NCBI GenBank assembly: GCA_001915995.1
Contig: MNRO01000017.1
Location: 73,402-137,401, forward strand
Length of the DNA stretch: 64,000 nucleotides
Reading direction: 5' to 3'
DNA from: Clostridium sp. 26_21
GTDB lineage: Bacteria > Bacillota > Clostridia > TANB77 > CAG-508
The translations under genes and the position numbers were made by a program. A model generated the notes under the pieces. That model was not told the DNA's origin. It saw nothing but the letters and a program-made list of their open reading frames with translations, and searched no databases. Positions 17,620 through 29,463 of the stretch are shown here, piece by piece (position 1 is the first letter of the stretch; each line of letters begins with the position of its first letter).

Positions 17620-19010
17620 AATCTAAAATATAAAAATGGGTTATATGAATTATCTACAGCATATGATGTTATAATTATTAAAATAAATACTATTAATATT
17701 GGTTCTAAAATATTTATTATTTTATTTTGTTTTAATTTTTTTATTAAATTTTTAATTATTGGTGTTGAAGCAATTATTGCAATAATAATTACAACAAAAT
17801 AATTTTTTAAATAATATATTGTAAATTTATTAATTAATTTTTCACCATTAACTCCAAATAACCCTATAATATTACTCCATGCTTCTTTCATATTATTTGC
17901 ATTAAATATTATAAAACTTATCATTACAATAAATAATACATATATTCTTTGAATAAATCCTGGTAATTTTTCTAAATATTTTTTTAAAAATAATTTTTCA
18001 ATAAGAAGTATTATTCCAAAATATAATCCCCATATAACAAAATTCCAACTAGCACCATGCCATATACCAGTTAGTGCCCAAACAATTAAAATATTTCTTA
18101 TTAATTTTTTTGTTCCTTCTCTACTTCCCCCTAATGGTATATAAACATAATCTTTAAACCATGTTCCTAATGATATATGCCATCTTCTCCAAAATTCAGT
18201 TACACTTTTAGATATATATGGATAATTAAAATTCTCTAGAAAATCAAATCCAAACATTTTTCCTAAACCAATTGCCATATCTGAATATGCTGAAAAATCA
18301 AAATATATTTGTAACATATATCCTACTGCAAAAATCCAATAAAATAAAATTGTTTTTTCATTTGTCTCTGTAAAAACTTTACACAATTGTCCTAATTGAT
18401 TTGCAATTAAAACTTTTTTTGCAAGTCCAATTACAAATCTTTCTATGCCATAAGAAAACTTTTCAAAGTTGTGAGTCCTATTGTCTAATTCATTTTCTAT
18501 TGTCTCATATCTAACTATCGGTCCTGCAATTAATTGTGGAAATAAAGAAACATATGTTGCTAATTTTAAAAAATTTTTTTGTACATCTACTTTTCCTCTA
18601 TATACATCAATTTCATAACTTATAATTTGAAATGTATAAAAAGAAATTCCTATTGGTAATGCTAGGTTTAAAAGTTTAAAATTTGCATTAAAAATATTAT
18701 TAATATTTCCTATAATAAAATCTGTATATTTAAAAAAACATAAAAATATAATATGTATTATTATTATTCCAAAAAGCATTTTTTTATTTTTATATTTTTT
18801 TATTAAAATTCCACCTATATATGCAATTAAGATTTCTAATATCATTAATAAAATATATTTTGGTTCTCCATAAAAATAAAATATCATTGAGGCTAAAAAT
18901 AAAATAATATTTTTAAATTTTTTTGGCATAATAAAATATATTATAATTAATACTGGTAAAAAATAATATAAAAAACTTATATTAGTAAATAGCATTTTTC
19001 CTCCTAACAT
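17616..19010 (-). CDS. MBOAT-family membrane-bound O-acyltransferase, AlgI/DltB-like (…WRRWHISLGTWFKDYVYIPLGGSREG…WHGASWNFVIWGLYFG…).
   Basis: ORF track, 464 aa; conserved His-containing MBOAT motifs. Confidence 0.8.
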   Translation of the reverse strand: MLGGKMLFTNISFLYYFLPVLIIIYFIMPKKFKNIILFLASMIFYFYGEPKYILLMILEILIAYIGGILIKKYKNKKMLFGIIIIHIIFLCFFKYTDFIIGNINNIFNANFKLLNLALPIGISFYTFQIISYEIDVYRGKVDVQKNFLKLATYVSLFPQLIAGPIVRYETIENELDNRTHNFEKFSYGIERFVIGLAKKVLIANQLGQLCKVFTETNEKTILFYWIFAVGYMLQIYFDFSAYSDMAIGLGKMFGFDFLENFNYPYISKSVTEFWRRWHISLGTWFKDYVYIPLGGSREGTKKLIRNILIVWALTGIWHGASWNFVIWGLYFGIILLIEKLFLKKYLEKLPGFIQRIYVLFIVMISFIIFNANNMKEAWSNIIGLFGVNGEKLINKFTIYYLKNYFVVIIIAIIASTPIIKNLIKKLKQNKIINILEPILIVFILIIITSYAVDNSYNPFLYFRF

Positions 19011-19045
19011 ATTAAAGCTCCCAATTTCTTGGAAGCTTTATTTTT

Positions 19046-19639
19046 TTATTGTGCTGGTCTTTCTTCTGGGAGTTCAATATCTTCTTCACCTGATTTTTGA
19101 AGCTCTTTTCCTATTTCGTTTCCAACATATTCTTTAAATGAATTGTATGTTGCAGTAGCCCAATCTTCATCTGACATTACAAAAAATATAATATTATTAT
19201 AATTTGTAACATATAATTTTTCTGCTGAAACACAAATCCACTTTCTCATATCTACATTATTTAATATTTCTTCTTTAACAGTTTCAATATTTGCATTTGA
19301 TTTTACTTTTAATGCTACTGCAGAATATGCTTGTGAACTCATTAATGGTTCTAATACAACTAAACTTTCTACATTTCCTGTACTTTGAATTCCTGTATAT
19401 GATGTTACTAAATCTGAATTTGATACATCAATTTCTTCTGTTTCTAGTTCTGGTAATACATCTTTGTTTTTAGAATATATTGACTTTAACATACTTTTCA
19501 TGTCTTTTTCTGATTCTATTTTTACAGATGTACCACCAATTGTTGTATTATTATTGTTTTTTACAATAACAACTCCAACAATTGCAATTATTGCAATAAT
19601 TGCGATTACAATTATCGTAATCATTGTTTGCTTTTTCAT
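19046..19639 (-). CDS. Membrane-anchored extracytoplasmic protein (DUF4358-like), hypothetical.
   Basis: ORF track, 197 aa; N-terminal TM. Confidence 0.45.
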   Translation of the reverse strand: MKKQTMITIIVIAIIAIIAIVGVVIVKNNNNTTIGGTSVKIESEKDMKSMLKSIYSKNKDVLPELETEEIDVSNSDLVTSYTGIQSTGNVESLVVLEPLMSSQAYSAVALKVKSNANIETVKEEILNNVDMRKWICVSAEKLYVTNYNNIIFFVMSDEDWATATYNSFKEYVGNEIGKELQKSGEEDIELPEERPAQ

Positions 19640-19706
19640 TTTATTTCCTCCTTATTTATTTTAACATCATTATATAGTATCTTATTATTTGAGTCAATGG
19701 ATTTTA

Positions 19707-20480
19707 TTAACTTTTTATTTCTAGAGCAACTTGTTCTTTTGACTCTTTGTTTTTCTCCATTTGTTTTAAAACTCCATAGACCATATAAAATGGCAATATC
19801 ATTTGTCCAAAACTCATTATTAATGTAAAATATTTCCTAGAAATATTATATATTATTTCTATTGGTGTTCCTGGAAAATTCTTAGATATAAACATTAAAT
19901 TACTTCCAAAAATATTATTTACTATATATGCTAATACACATATACTTCCAACTAAAATAAAATAATATTTTATGTCTGATGATTGAATTTCAATATATTT
20001 GGTTTTATTTATTAATAATCCTAAATAAACCATTATTCCATGAAAAGCAAAACTATGTAAACTTACTATGTGAATTGCTGGATATGTTGGTAATGATGTA
20101 GATGGATATAAAATAAATACTATTCCACCAATAATTCCTCCTGTAGCTAAAAATACATCTCCCATTCTTTTTAATTCATTTTTAGCAAATGAACTTAGTA
20201 AACCTGCATATAATAATAAACTGCAATAATATAATGGTACATAATTGTTTATGTTCTTAATACCACCTGTTATTACTTTAAATAATATTATTATGACTTC
20301 GAAAACCCACATTGCAATTGTACATTTTTTTATTATTTGTTTAACTTCTTTATGTGTTTTATTTATAGTTTTTTTTAATGATATTTTTATTCCTATTATT
20401 GTTAATAATATTAATAAAAAATGTTCTTTTGTAAAGATTCCACAAGGTTCATATTCTCCTTGTTTTGCAAATATTGGCAT
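19707..20480 (-). CDS. Polytopic membrane protein, hypothetical.
   Basis: ORF track, 257 aa; six or more hydrophobic segments. Confidence 0.5.
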   Translation of the reverse strand: MPIFAKQGEYEPCGIFTKEHFLLILLTIIGIKISLKKTINKTHKEVKQIIKKCTIAMWVFEVIIILFKVITGGIKNINNYVPLYYCSLLLYAGLLSSFAKNELKRMGDVFLATGGIIGGIVFILYPSTSLPTYPAIHIVSLHSFAFHGIMVYLGLLINKTKYIEIQSSDIKYYFILVGSICVLAYIVNNIFGSNLMFISKNFPGTPIEIIYNISRKYFTLIMSFGQMILPFYMVYGVLKQMEKNKESKEQVALEIKS

Positions 20481-20687
20481 ATATCTTCACCTCTCCTTAT
20501 GTGATTATATCAAGAAACATTTGTTTATACAATAGATTTCGATTTTTTTTACATTCTTTCCACATATTATTTACAAATTGTGGATTATGCTACAAAGATT
20601 ATACTTAATTTTTATTTTATTATCTATAAAATATACTTTTAAATAAAACAAAAAAGATATAAAAGAATATCTTTTATATCTTAACTT

Positions 20688-20777
20688 TGGCGTAGGTGAG
20701 AGGGTTCGAACCTCCGCGCCCCTTACAGGACCTAGCAGTTTAGCAAACTGCCCCCTTCACCACTTGGGTACACCTAC
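20688..20777 (-). tRNA. tRNA-Ser (anticodon GCT), long variable arm, CCA encoded.
   Basis: Cloverleaf folded by hand: GTAGGTG acceptor stem, anticodon loop TTGCTAA. Confidence 0.85.
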
Positions 20778-20832
20778 AATTTATATAAATAAAAGTTAGA
20801 TACTCAATATCTTCATATCTAACTCTTATACT

Positions 20833-20924
<92 letters not shown>

Positions 20925-20943
20925 GTGTCTCACGACATTACTA

Positions 20944-21000
20944 ATATTACCATACTTTCATGTCGCTTGTCAATAGTTTTAATTAAAAATTTTTTAAAGT
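20944..21000 (-). promoter_or_regulatory. Strong sigma-70-type promoter for the tRNA-Ser pair. On the minus strand it reads TTGACA, 18-nt spacer, TAATAT, with an A/T-rich UP-like element (AACTTTAAAAAATTTTTAATTAAAACTA) upstream.
   Basis: Seen in the sequence; the -10 lies about 20 nt upstream of the tRNA 5' end. Confidence 0.55.
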
Positions 21001-21030
21001 TAATTTTCTTCTTATAATTACAAGATTTAA

Positions 21031-21906
21031 TTATTTTAATAAATCTAAAATTCTTTCTAAATCTGAATTTCCATTATATTCAATAATTATCTTTCCTTTT
21101 CTTTTTCCTTGGTCTAATTTTACTTTTGTTCCAAAAAATCCTTGAAATCTATCTTCAATATCATCATATAACATCTTATACTTTGGATCTAAATATTTTT
21201 CTTTTTTAGCTCTTAAATTCTTTTGTTCTGCTTGTCTTACAGATTCTCCTCTTTCTATCATTCTTATAGCCATTTCATATTGTCTTTTTTGATCTGTTAT
21301 AGCAGCTAATGCTTTACAATGTCCTTCTGATAATTTTCCCTCTTTTACAAGTTCTAATACATCTGGTGCTAAGTTTAAAATTCTAACAGTGTTTGATACT
21401 GCACTTCTACTTTTTCCTATTCTTTTTGAAACTTCTTCTTGTGTTAAACCATATTTATCCATTAAATTTCTAATTCCTAATGCTTTCTCATATGGATTCA
21501 AATCTTCTCTCTGGATATTTTCAATCAATGCAATTTCTCTGTTTTTTTGTTCATCATCTTCTCTTATTATAGCTGGAATCTCTTCTAATCCTGCTAATTT
21601 AGCAGCTCTCCATCTTCTTTCTCCTGCAACAATTCCATAATATCCATCTTGTTTTGTTACTACTATTGGTTGAATTATTCCATATGTTTTTATTGATTCT
21701 GCTAAATCTTCTAATGCTTCTTGCTTAAATTGTTTTCTTGGTTGATCTCTGTTTGGTTCAACTTCAGTTATTTTTAATGATTTTAAATTATCATTTATTT
21801 CATTTTTTTCTTCAACAACAGTTTCTTGTGGTTGCTCATTTATTGATACTCCTCCAAAAAGGGCATCTAAACCTTTTCCTAATCCTGTTTTTTTTGGTTG
21901 TGCCAT
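21031..21906 (-). CDS. parB: ParB/Spo0J chromosome-partitioning protein.
   Basis: ORF track, 291 aa; GERRWRAAKLAGL ParB box. Confidence 0.9.
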   Translation of the reverse strand: MAQPKKTGLGKGLDALFGGVSINEQPQETVVEEKNEINDNLKSLKITEVEPNRDQPRKQFKQEALEDLAESIKTYGIIQPIVVTKQDGYYGIVAGERRWRAAKLAGLEEIPAIIREDDEQKNREIALIENIQREDLNPYEKALGIRNLMDKYGLTQEEVSKRIGKSRSAVSNTVRILNLAPDVLELVKEGKLSEGHCKALAAITDQKRQYEMAIRMIERGESVRQAEQKNLRAKKEKYLDPKYKMLYDDIEDRFQGFFGTKVKLDQGKRKGKIIIEYNGNSDLERILDLLK

Positions 21907-21946
21907 TTTATCGCCTCCTTATTATTATGTAAACTAGTTTTTGTGA

Positions 21947-22705
21947 TTAATTATTTTTTAATAATTCTTTTGCAAATTTTTCATAAGCTTTTGCACCTTT
22001 TGATCTTGGATCATATACTGTTATTGGCATTCCATAACTTGGTGCTTCACTTAATCTAACATTTCTTGGAATAACTGTCTTATAGACTTTATCTTCAAAA
22101 TATTTTTTTACTTCTTTTACTACTTGATTTGAAAGATTTGTTCTTGCATCATACATTGTAAGCAAAGCTCCTTCTATTTCAAGATTTTTATTTAAATGCT
22201 TCTTGACTAAATTTACTGTATTTAATAATTGTCCCAATCCTTCAAGTGCAAAATATTCACATTGTACTGGAATTAATACACTATCAGACGCTGTAAATGC
22301 GTTTAATGTTACTAATCCTAATGATGGTGGACAATCAATTAATATATAATCATATTGATCTTTTATTTTGTCTAACTTTGTTTTTAACCTTTGCTCTCTT
22401 GACATCATTGAAACTAATTGGACCTCTGCCCCTGCTAAACTAATATTTGATGGACATACTTTTAAGTTTTTTATTGCTGTTTCTTGTAATGTTTCATCAA
22501 ATTCTGTATCTCCAATTAATATATCATATACTGATAGTTCTACATCTTTTGAAACACCTAGTCCACTTGTTGCATTTCCTTGTGGATCAGTATCTATTAA
22601 TAAGACTTTTTTTCCTTTTTTAGCTAAAATAGTACTCAAATTAACTGTTGTTGTTGTTTTTCCAACTCCCCCTTTTTGGTTTGCTACTGATATTATTTTT
22701 CCCAT
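21947..22705 (-). CDS. parA: ParA/Soj chromosome-partitioning ATPase.
   Basis: ORF track, 252 aa; deviant Walker A KGGVGKTT. Confidence 0.9.
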   Translation of the reverse strand: MGKIISVANQKGGVGKTTTTVNLSTILAKKGKKVLLIDTDPQGNATSGLGVSKDVELSVYDILIGDTEFDETLQETAIKNLKVCPSNISLAGAEVQLVSMMSREQRLKTKLDKIKDQYDYILIDCPPSLGLVTLNAFTASDSVLIPVQCEYFALEGLGQLLNTVNLVKKHLNKNLEIEGALLTMYDARTNLSNQVVKEVKKYFEDKVYKTVIPRNVRLSEAPSYGMPITVYDPRSKGAKAYEKFAKELLKNN

Positions 22706-22861
22706 TTTCTACATTTCCCTTCTTTCTTATGTCTTTCTTCAATATTTTTCCTAGCACTATAATAATATAAAAAATTTGATAATAAGTCAATGTTTTTTGT
22801 ATAAATTTCACAAAAAAAATTACCCCACATTTTATGTGGAGCATTTATCTTTTAATAAATT

Positions 22862-23584
22862 TTATTTTATTGGCTCTTTGCTTGGTGTTCCAGCTTTTCT
22901 TGGATATTTAGCTGGTGTTTTTTTTGTTTTTTCTATTGTTATAATTGTTCTTCCTATATCACTTTGTGGTAAATCAAAAGTTTTTAAATTTTTTATTGTT
23001 CCACCAAGAACATTTATTGCCTTTTTGGCCTGTTCAATTTCTTCTTCTGCTTCAGATGCTTTCATACATATTATTTTTCCATTTTCTTTTACTAATGGTA
23101 TTAAATATTCTGACAATGTTGATAAATTTGCAACTGCTCTTGATGTAGAAATATCAAATTTTTCTCTATATTTCTTATTTTGTCCAAATTCTTCAGCTCT
23201 TGCATGAACTAATTCAACATTTTTTAAATTTAATTCATTTATTACTTCTTGTAGAAAAATTAATCTCTTATTTAATGAATCAACTAAAGTAACTTTTAAT
23301 GATTCGTTCATTATTGCTAATGGTATACCAGGAAAACCTGCTCCTGTTCCAACATCAACAACACTTGATTTATTAGGAATGTCTTTATATATTGTAAGTG
23401 AATCTATAAAATGCTTCAAAATTATCTCATTTGGTTCAATTATTGCTGTTAAATTGATTTTTTCATTCCATTCAATTAACATATTCATATATTTATAAAA
23501 CTTTGAAATTTGCTCCACAGAAAAATCAAACCCTAAAATCTTTGATTTTTCCTGCATTTTCTCTTTAAATTCATTTTCTTCCAT
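22862..23584 (-). CDS. rsmG: 16S rRNA m7G527 methyltransferase RsmG (GidB).
   Basis: ORF track, 240 aa; SAM-binding VVDVGTGAGFPGIPLAI. Confidence 0.85.
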   Translation of the reverse strand: MEENEFKEKMQEKSKILGFDFSVEQISKFYKYMNMLIEWNEKINLTAIIEPNEIILKHFIDSLTIYKDIPNKSSVVDVGTGAGFPGIPLAIMNESLKVTLVDSLNKRLIFLQEVINELNLKNVELVHARAEEFGQNKKYREKFDISTSRAVANLSTLSEYLIPLVKENGKIICMKASEAEEEIEQAKKAINVLGGTIKNLKTFDLPQSDIGRTIITIEKTKKTPAKYPRKAGTPSKEPIK

Positions 23585-23609
23585 GTTTTTCTCTTTATAT
23601 CTCCTTTTT

Positions 23610-25487
23610 TTATTTTTTTGCTTTAATTGTTTGTAAATAAACTAATAATACAGATATATCTGCTGGTGAAACTCCTGAAATTCTAGATGCTTGTCCTATT
23701 GAATGTGGTCTATGTTTATTTAATTTTTGTCTTGCTTCTAGACAAATACCTTTAACTTCATCATAATTTATATCATCTGGTATTAATTTTTTCTCCATTT
23801 TTTTAAATTTTTCAACTTGCATTTCTTGTAGCTTAATATATCCATCATATTTTACTTGAATTTCAACTTCTTCTTTAACTTGTTCTGGTAATTCTGGTCT
23901 ATTTTCATCAATTTCTGCAAGTGAAGCATATGTTATTTCTGTTCTTTTCAATAATTCTGCTAACTTTGATCCTGTTGTTAATTCTGATGTACCTTGTTCT
24001 TTTAAATAATTATTTACTTTTTCTGTTGGTTTTACTATTGTTTTTTGTAATCTTTCCTTTTCTTTTTCTATTAATTCTTTCTTTTCAATAAATTTTTTAT
24101 ATCTTTCATCAGAAATTAGTCCAATTTCATGTCCTTTTTCAGTTAAACGCAAATCTGCATTGTCTTGTCTCAATAATAATCTATATTCAGCTCTTGATGT
24201 CATCATTCTATATGGTTCATTTGTTCCTTTTGTAACAATATCATCTATTAATACTCCAATATATGCCTCTGTTCTATCTAGGATTAATGGTTCTTTTCCC
24301 TTAATCTTCTGTGAAGCATTTATTCCTGCAATTAACCCTTGACAAGCAGCTTCTTCATATCCAGAAGTTCCATTAGTTTGTCCTGCAAAGAATAAACCAT
24401 CAATTGTTTTATATTCTAATGATAATTTTAAATCTGCTGGATCTATACAATCATATTCAATTGCATATGCAGGTCTTGTAAATTCACAATGTTCTAATCC
24501 TGGAATAGTCCTATACATTGCAATTTGAACATCTTCTGGTAATGATGAACTCATTCCCTGTATATACATTTCATCTGTATCTATACCAATTGGCTCCACA
24601 AATATCTGATGTCTTTCTTTATCTGCAAATCTAACTACTTTATCTTCTATTGATGGACAATATCTTGGTCCAGTTCCTTCTATTACACCTGCATATAAAG
24701 GTGATCTATGTAAATTTTCTCTAATAATTTTATGTGTTTCTGCATTTGTATATGTTAAATAACAATCAACCTGATCAAAATCTACTGTTTTATCTTCAAA
24801 TGAAAATGGTATAATTCCATTTTCACCTTTTTGGACTTCCATTTTTGAAAAATCTATACTTTTTCTATTTATTCTTGCTGGTGTTCCTGTTTTAAATCTT
24901 ACCAATTTTACACCATTATTTTTTAAAGATTCAGAAAGTTTATTAGCTGGAAATACACCATCTGGGCCACTTTCCTTTGAATATTCTCCAATAAATATTT
25001 TTCCTCTAAGATATGTTCCACTTGCAACAATTAATGTTTTTACATTATAAATTGCCCCAATATCTGTTTCAATTAATTTAATTTTATTATTTTCTATTTT
25101 TATGTTAACTATTTCTGCTTGTTTTATATCTAAGTTCTTTTGTTTTTCTAAAGTATGTTTCATTTCCATTTGATATCTTTTTCTATCAGCCTGTGCTCTC
25201 AAAGAATAGACTGCTGGGCCTTTTGAAGTATTTAACATTTTTATTTGTATCATTGTCTTATCTATATTTCTAGCCATTTCTCCACCAAGAGCATCTATTT
25301 CTCTTACCAAATGTCCTTTTGAACTTCCTCCAATATGTGGATTACATGGCATATTAGCTACTGCCTCTAAGCTTATTGAAAATACTACTGTTTTCATTCC
25401 TAATCTAGCCGCTGCAAGTGCTGCCTCACATCCAGCATGTCCAGCTCCAATTACAGCAACATCATAATTTCCTGCATAATAACTCAT
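23610..25487 (-). CDS. mnmG: tRNA uridine-5-carboxymethylaminomethyl modification enzyme MnmG (GidA). The likely start is [23 protein letters not shown] at 25487, preceded by GGAGAGGAG; the track's 25520 start would overlap mnmE.
   Basis: ORF track, 636 aa; FAD-binding N-terminus. Confidence 0.9.
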   Translation of the reverse strand: MSYYAGNYDVAVIGAGHAGCEAALAAARLGMKTVVFSISLEAVANMPCNPHIGGSSKGHLVREIDALGGEMARNIDKTMIQIKMLNTSKGPAVYSLRAQADRKRYQMEMKHTLEKQKNLDIKQAEIVNIKIENNKIKLIETDIGAIYNVKTLIVASGTYLRGKIFIGEYSKESGPDGVFPANKLSESLKNNGVKLVRFKTGTPARINRKSIDFSKMEVQKGENGIIPFSFEDKTVDFDQVDCYLTYTNAETHKIIRENLHRSPLYAGVIEGTGPRYCPSIEDKVVRFADKERHQIFVEPIGIDTDEMYIQGMSSSLPEDVQIAMYRTIPGLEHCEFTRPAYAIEYDCIDPADLKLSLEYKTIDGLFFAGQTNGTSGYEEAACQGLIAGINASQKIKGKEPLILDRTEAYIGVLIDDIVTKGTNEPYRMMTSRAEYRLLLRQDNADLRLTEKGHEIGLISDERYKKFIEKKELIEKEKERLQKTIVKPTEKVNNYLKEQGTSELTTGSKLAELLKRTEITYASLAEIDENRPELPEQVKEEVEIQVKYDGYIKLQEMQVEKFKKMEKKLIPDDINYDEVKGICLEARQKLNKHRPHSIGQASRISGVSPADISVLLVYLQTIKAKK

Positions 25488-25504
25488 TTTTCTTCTCCTC
25501 TCCC

Positions 25505-26875
25505 TTACTTTCCTAAACAAAATTTAGAAAAAATCTCATTTATTATATCTTCAGTTACACAATCTCCTGTTATTTCTCCTAAATCGTCTAAAATCTGTTT
25601 TATATATATAGTAATGATATCTATAGGCATTCCGTTTGAAAGTGCCTCATTTGCCATTTTAACGTTTTGAATTGCTTTTCCAATTATATTTTTATGTCTT
25701 ACATTTGTTATTAATAATTCATTGTCAAAATTTATTTCATTTAGATTAAACATTTCTGATATCTTATTATATAATTCTTCTAATCCTGTTTTATTTAATG
25801 CTGAAATTTTTAATATATTTTTTGACGCATTTTTTATTTTTTCATTATTTTCATCAATAACATTTTTTAAATCATTTTTGTTTAATAATATTATTGATTT
25901 TTTATTTTTTATTAATTTTAATATTTCATAATCTTCATCATCCAATTCTTTTGAACTATCAAATATTGCAATAATTAAATCAGCATCATTTGCTTCTTCT
26001 ATTGATTTTTGAATTCCTATTTTTTCTACAGAATCTTTTGCCTCTCTAATTCCTGCTGTATCAATAAGTTTCAAAGCTATTCCGTTTATTGTAACATACT
26101 CTTCTATAGTATCTCTTGTTGTTCCTGCTATATCTGTTACAATTGCTCTATCCTCTTTCAAAATAGCATTTAACAAAGATGACTTTCCTGCATTTGGTTT
26201 GCCTATTATTGCTGTTTTTATACCATCTTTTATTATTTTACCATTATCAAATGATTTTTCCAATTTTTCTAATTTATTTTTTACTTTATTTAACATATTT
26301 CTTAGTTCATTTTCTTGAACTTCTGGTGTATCATATTCTGGATAATCAATTGTTACTTCAATATTTACTAAAACATCTAAAATATCTTGTTTTATTTGGT
26401 TTATTTCTGCTGATAAAAAACCTTCCAATTGTTTAACTCCACTTTTTGCTTCTCTTTCTGATTTTGCATTTATAACATCAATTACTGATTCTGCTTGTGC
26501 TAAATCAATTCTTCCATTTAAAAATGCTCTTTTTGTAAATTCACCTGGCCCAGCCATTTCAGCTCCATTAGCCAAGCATAATTCTAATATCTTTTTTACT
26601 ACAATATTTCCCCCATGTGCATTTATTTCACACATATTTTCTGTTGTATAACTTTTGGGAGCTTTAAAATATGATACTAAAACTTCATCAATTATTTTAT
26701 TATTTTCAACAATATTTCCATATTTTATTGAATATCCTTTTATTTCAGATATATCTTGTTTTGTTTTTGGAATAAATATTTTATCTAATATTTCAAATGT
26801 TTTTTCTCCACTCATTCTTATTATTCCTATTCCTCCAATGCCTGGTGCAGTTGCTATTCCTACTATTGTACTCAT
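25505..26875 (-). CDS. mnmE: tRNA modification GTPase MnmE (TrmE).
   Basis: ORF track, 456 aa; G-domain [12 protein letters not shown]; C-terminal CLGK. Confidence 0.9.
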   Translation of the reverse strand: MSTIVGIATAPGIGGIGIIRMSGEKTFEILDKIFIPKTKQDISEIKGYSIKYGNIVENNKIIDEVLVSYFKAPKSYTTENMCEINAHGGNIVVKKILELCLANGAEMAGPGEFTKRAFLNGRIDLAQAESVIDVINAKSEREAKSGVKQLEGFLSAEINQIKQDILDVLVNIEVTIDYPEYDTPEVQENELRNMLNKVKNKLEKLEKSFDNGKIIKDGIKTAIIGKPNAGKSSLLNAILKEDRAIVTDIAGTTRDTIEEYVTINGIALKLIDTAGIREAKDSVEKIGIQKSIEEANDADLIIAIFDSSKELDDEDYEILKLIKNKKSIILLNKNDLKNVIDENNEKIKNASKNILKISALNKTGLEELYNKISEMFNLNEINFDNELLITNVRHKNIIGKAIQNVKMANEALSNGMPIDIITIYIKQILDDLGEITGDCVTEDIINEIFSKFCLGK

Positions 26876-26987
26876 TTATTTTCTCCTTTATTTTTTACAT
26901 TATTTTCCTATTATACAAAAAAAAGTCAAAATTCTAAATTTAATCTTTTGATTAAAATCTGAACTTTGACTTCCGATTTTTATTTAA

Positions 26988-27659
26988 TTATTTTTTTGTT
27001 ATTACAATTCTTCTTTTTGGTTCTTGTCCAATACTTCTTGTTTCTACATTAGGATTATCTTGTAAAACACTATGTATTATTTTTCTTTCATATGCTTTCA
27101 TTGGCTCAAGTGTTATCATTTTACCTGTTCTTTCAACTATTGAAGCCTTTTTCTTTGCTACTTCTTCTAATGTTTCAACTCTTTTTTGTTTATAATCTTC
27201 TATATCTAATCTAACAACAACTCTATTTTCTGATTTTTTATTTGCTATCGCTTTCAATATATTTTCTATAGAATATAATGTTTCTCCCCTATATCCTATT
27301 AAATTTCCAATATTTTCTCCGTTTATAGAAATATATAAACATTTATCTTTTATTTCAACTGTAGTCTTAGCTTCTGGAGATATTTTATTTAAAAATTCAT
27401 TTAAAAATTCTTCAACATCTTTTTTTGCAATATTTAGTTCTTCATCTGTTGTTTCAATCTCCACTTCTTCTGGCTTTCTAGCTTCTATTTCTTTTATTTC
27501 TACTCTAACTATTTTAGGTGCTAAAATATCAAAAAAACTTTTTTTATTTTCTTCTAATATTTTTATTTCACACAATTCCCTAGGCAATTTTATTTCTTTT
27601 AATCCTTTTTCAATTGCCTCTTGTGTTGTTTTTCCTTCTGAAATTACACTTTTTGACAT
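26988..27659 (-). CDS. jag: Jag/KhpB RNA-binding protein (KH and R3H domains).
   Basis: ORF track, 223 aa; conserved position after yidC. Confidence 0.8.
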   Translation of the reverse strand: MSKSVISEGKTTQEAIEKGLKEIKLPRELCEIKILEENKKSFFDILAPKIVRVEIKEIEARKPEEVEIETTDEELNIAKKDVEEFLNEFLNKISPEAKTTVEIKDKCLYISINGENIGNLIGYRGETLYSIENILKAIANKKSENRVVVRLDIEDYKQKRVETLEEVAKKKASIVERTGKMITLEPMKAYERKIIHSVLQDNPNVETRSIGQEPKRRIVITKK

Positions 27660-27661
27660 AG

Positions 27662-28576
27662 CTATTCCTCCTCATCTTTTAACATTTTGTTTAAAGCTAA
27701 TCTCTCTATTATCATTAAAAGACTGTTCATTAACCAATATAAAGCAAGTCCTAATGGTGCTATTAATGCAACTGCTAAATACATAACAGGAAACATTAAA
27801 TTCATATTTTTATTCATTTGAGCCATTGGATCAAATTCATCTTCTGAATTCTTTTCTTCTCCATCTTTTTTCTTTGGAGTCGGATTTGTTATTCTTAATG
27901 AAATTACTGAAACCAATACATATAATACAGGAATTATAAATGCTTTCCAATCACCACTTCTCGTTGGTATTTGAGCTAAATTTAATCCTAAAAAACTCAT
28001 ATTTATATCTAAAGAATTTAATTCTTCATCATTTATTTCTGCTAAATCTGTTTTTTCTTCATTATTTTCTGAATTTTTTTCAATATTCTCTGTATTATTT
28101 TCTTTTAATTTCTTTATATTATTTAATTCTCTAATAACTTCTATTTCTGGATATGCACTATCTGTACTTAAATCATTTTCTTTTACTATTTTCGTATATT
28201 TATTAATAATATTAGCATCTATTTTTTTCATATATGTTAATGGTGATCTAACAAGATAGAAAACTGCAAATAATAGTATTATTTGAACAATTCCACTAAA
28301 ACATCCACTAAATGGACTCATATTTTCTGTTTTGTATAATTCCATTGTTGCTCTATTTAGATTTTCTGGATCATTTTTATATTTGAATTGTATTTCTTTA
28401 AGTTTATTTTGTATTTTCGTGGTCTTTTTCATTGTTCTTTGCTGTTTTATTGATAATGGTAATAATATTATTTTTATTAAAATTGAAAAAATAATTATTG
28501 CCAGACCATAATTATTAACTATATTATAAATAAAATTCAAAATATATCCAAATAAATTTGCAAATGGTGCTATCAT
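27662..28576 (-). CDS. yidC: Membrane protein insertase YidC/OxaA.
   Basis: ORF track, 304 aa; conserved position. Confidence 0.8.
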   Translation of the reverse strand: MIAPFANLFGYILNFIYNIVNNYGLAIIIFSILIKIILLPLSIKQQRTMKKTTKIQNKLKEIQFKYKNDPENLNRATMELYKTENMSPFSGCFSGIVQIILLFAVFYLVRSPLTYMKKIDANIINKYTKIVKENDLSTDSAYPEIEVIRELNNIKKLKENNTENIEKNSENNEEKTDLAEINDEELNSLDINMSFLGLNLAQIPTRSGDWKAFIIPVLYVLVSVISLRITNPTPKKKDGEEKNSEDEFDPMAQMNKNMNLMFPVMYLAVALIAPLGLALYWLMNSLLMIIERLALNKMLKDEEE

Positions 28577-28588
28577 ATCTGCCCCTTT

Positions 28589-28807
28589 CTATTTTAATGG
28601 GTCATATCCTCCCTTTGAGAAAGGATTACACTTTAAAATTCTTTTTCCTCCTAACATACATCCTCTTAATACACCATATTTTTCAATGGCTTGTTTTGTA
28701 TATTCTGAACATGTTGGGTAATATTTGCATCTTATATTTTTTGCTACAAAAAATTTTGAGATATGTTTTTGATACCATTCAATTAAATATATACATATTT
28801 TTTTCAT
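28589..28807 (-). CDS. yidD: Membrane protein insertion efficiency factor YidD (…YYPTCSEYTKQAIEKYG…).
   Basis: ORF track, 72 aa. Confidence 0.85.
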   Translation of the reverse strand: MKKICIYLIEWYQKHISKFFVAKNIRCKYYPTCSEYTKQAIEKYGVLRGCMLGGKRILKCNPFSKGGYDPLK

Positions 28808-28828
28808 AGTACATACTCCTTCTAATTA

Positions 28829-29170
28829 TTAAGAAATAATATTTGCTTTCTTAAAAGTATTTTCCATTTCGTTTATTATATCTATATATTTCATATCATT
28901 TATATCTATATCTTTTTTTAATAAAACAACTATACTATAGCCATTTATAATCTTTTCTTCCAAATTTTTATAAGCTTCTCTTATAAGTCTTTTGGCTTTG
29001 TTTCTTTGGAAAGCTTTTCCATTTTTCGTACTAACTGCTATACCTAGTGTTTTGAAATTTTTTCCATTTTTTAATATTACAATTTTTAGTTGTTTACCTA
29101 TGTAGAAACGACCTTTTGTTAGAACTATTTTAAATTCATAGTTTTTCTTTAACATTACTGTCTGCTTCAT
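28829..29170 (-). CDS. rnpA: RNase P protein component RnpA.
   Basis: ORF track, 113 aa; conserved position after rpmH. Confidence 0.85.
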   Translation of the reverse strand: MKQTVMLKKNYEFKIVLTKGRFYIGKQLKIVILKNGKNFKTLGIAVSTKNGKAFQRNKAKRLIREAYKNLEEKIINGYSIVVLLKKDIDINDMKYIDIINEMENTFKKANIIS

Positions 29171-29258
29171 TTTCTAACATCCCTTTCGTCACTTTTAAGG
29201 TACAATTACTTTTAAATTCTAGGAATTTTTCCTAGAATCTAAAACATTGTTAATTTAA

Positions 29259-29393
29259 TTATGCACAAATCTTTTTTCTTCCTTTTGCTCTTCTTGCTTT
29301 TAATACATTTCTTCCTGATTTTGTTGACATTCTTTTCATAAATCCGTGTTCTCTTTTTTCTTGTCTATTTTTTGGTTGGAATGTTCTTTTCAT
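29259..29393 (-). CDS. rpmH: 50S ribosomal protein L34 ([44 protein letters not shown]).
   Basis: My own translation; too short for the ORF track; canonical L34 sequence. Confidence 0.9.
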   Translation of the reverse strand: MKRTFQPKNRQEKREHGFMKRMSTKSGRNVLKARRAKGRKKICA

Positions 29394-29463
29394 TACTATG
29401 CACCTCCTATTTGTTTTTTATATATTAATTCCTTTTTAAAGGAAATTATTGTTACAAAATAAC

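Noticed and set aside
22368-22844. ORFs at 22368-22754 (plus strand) and 22641-22844 (minus strand) around the parA start.
   Set aside because: They overlap parA or its promoter region and are low-complexity with no ribosome-binding site; spurious.
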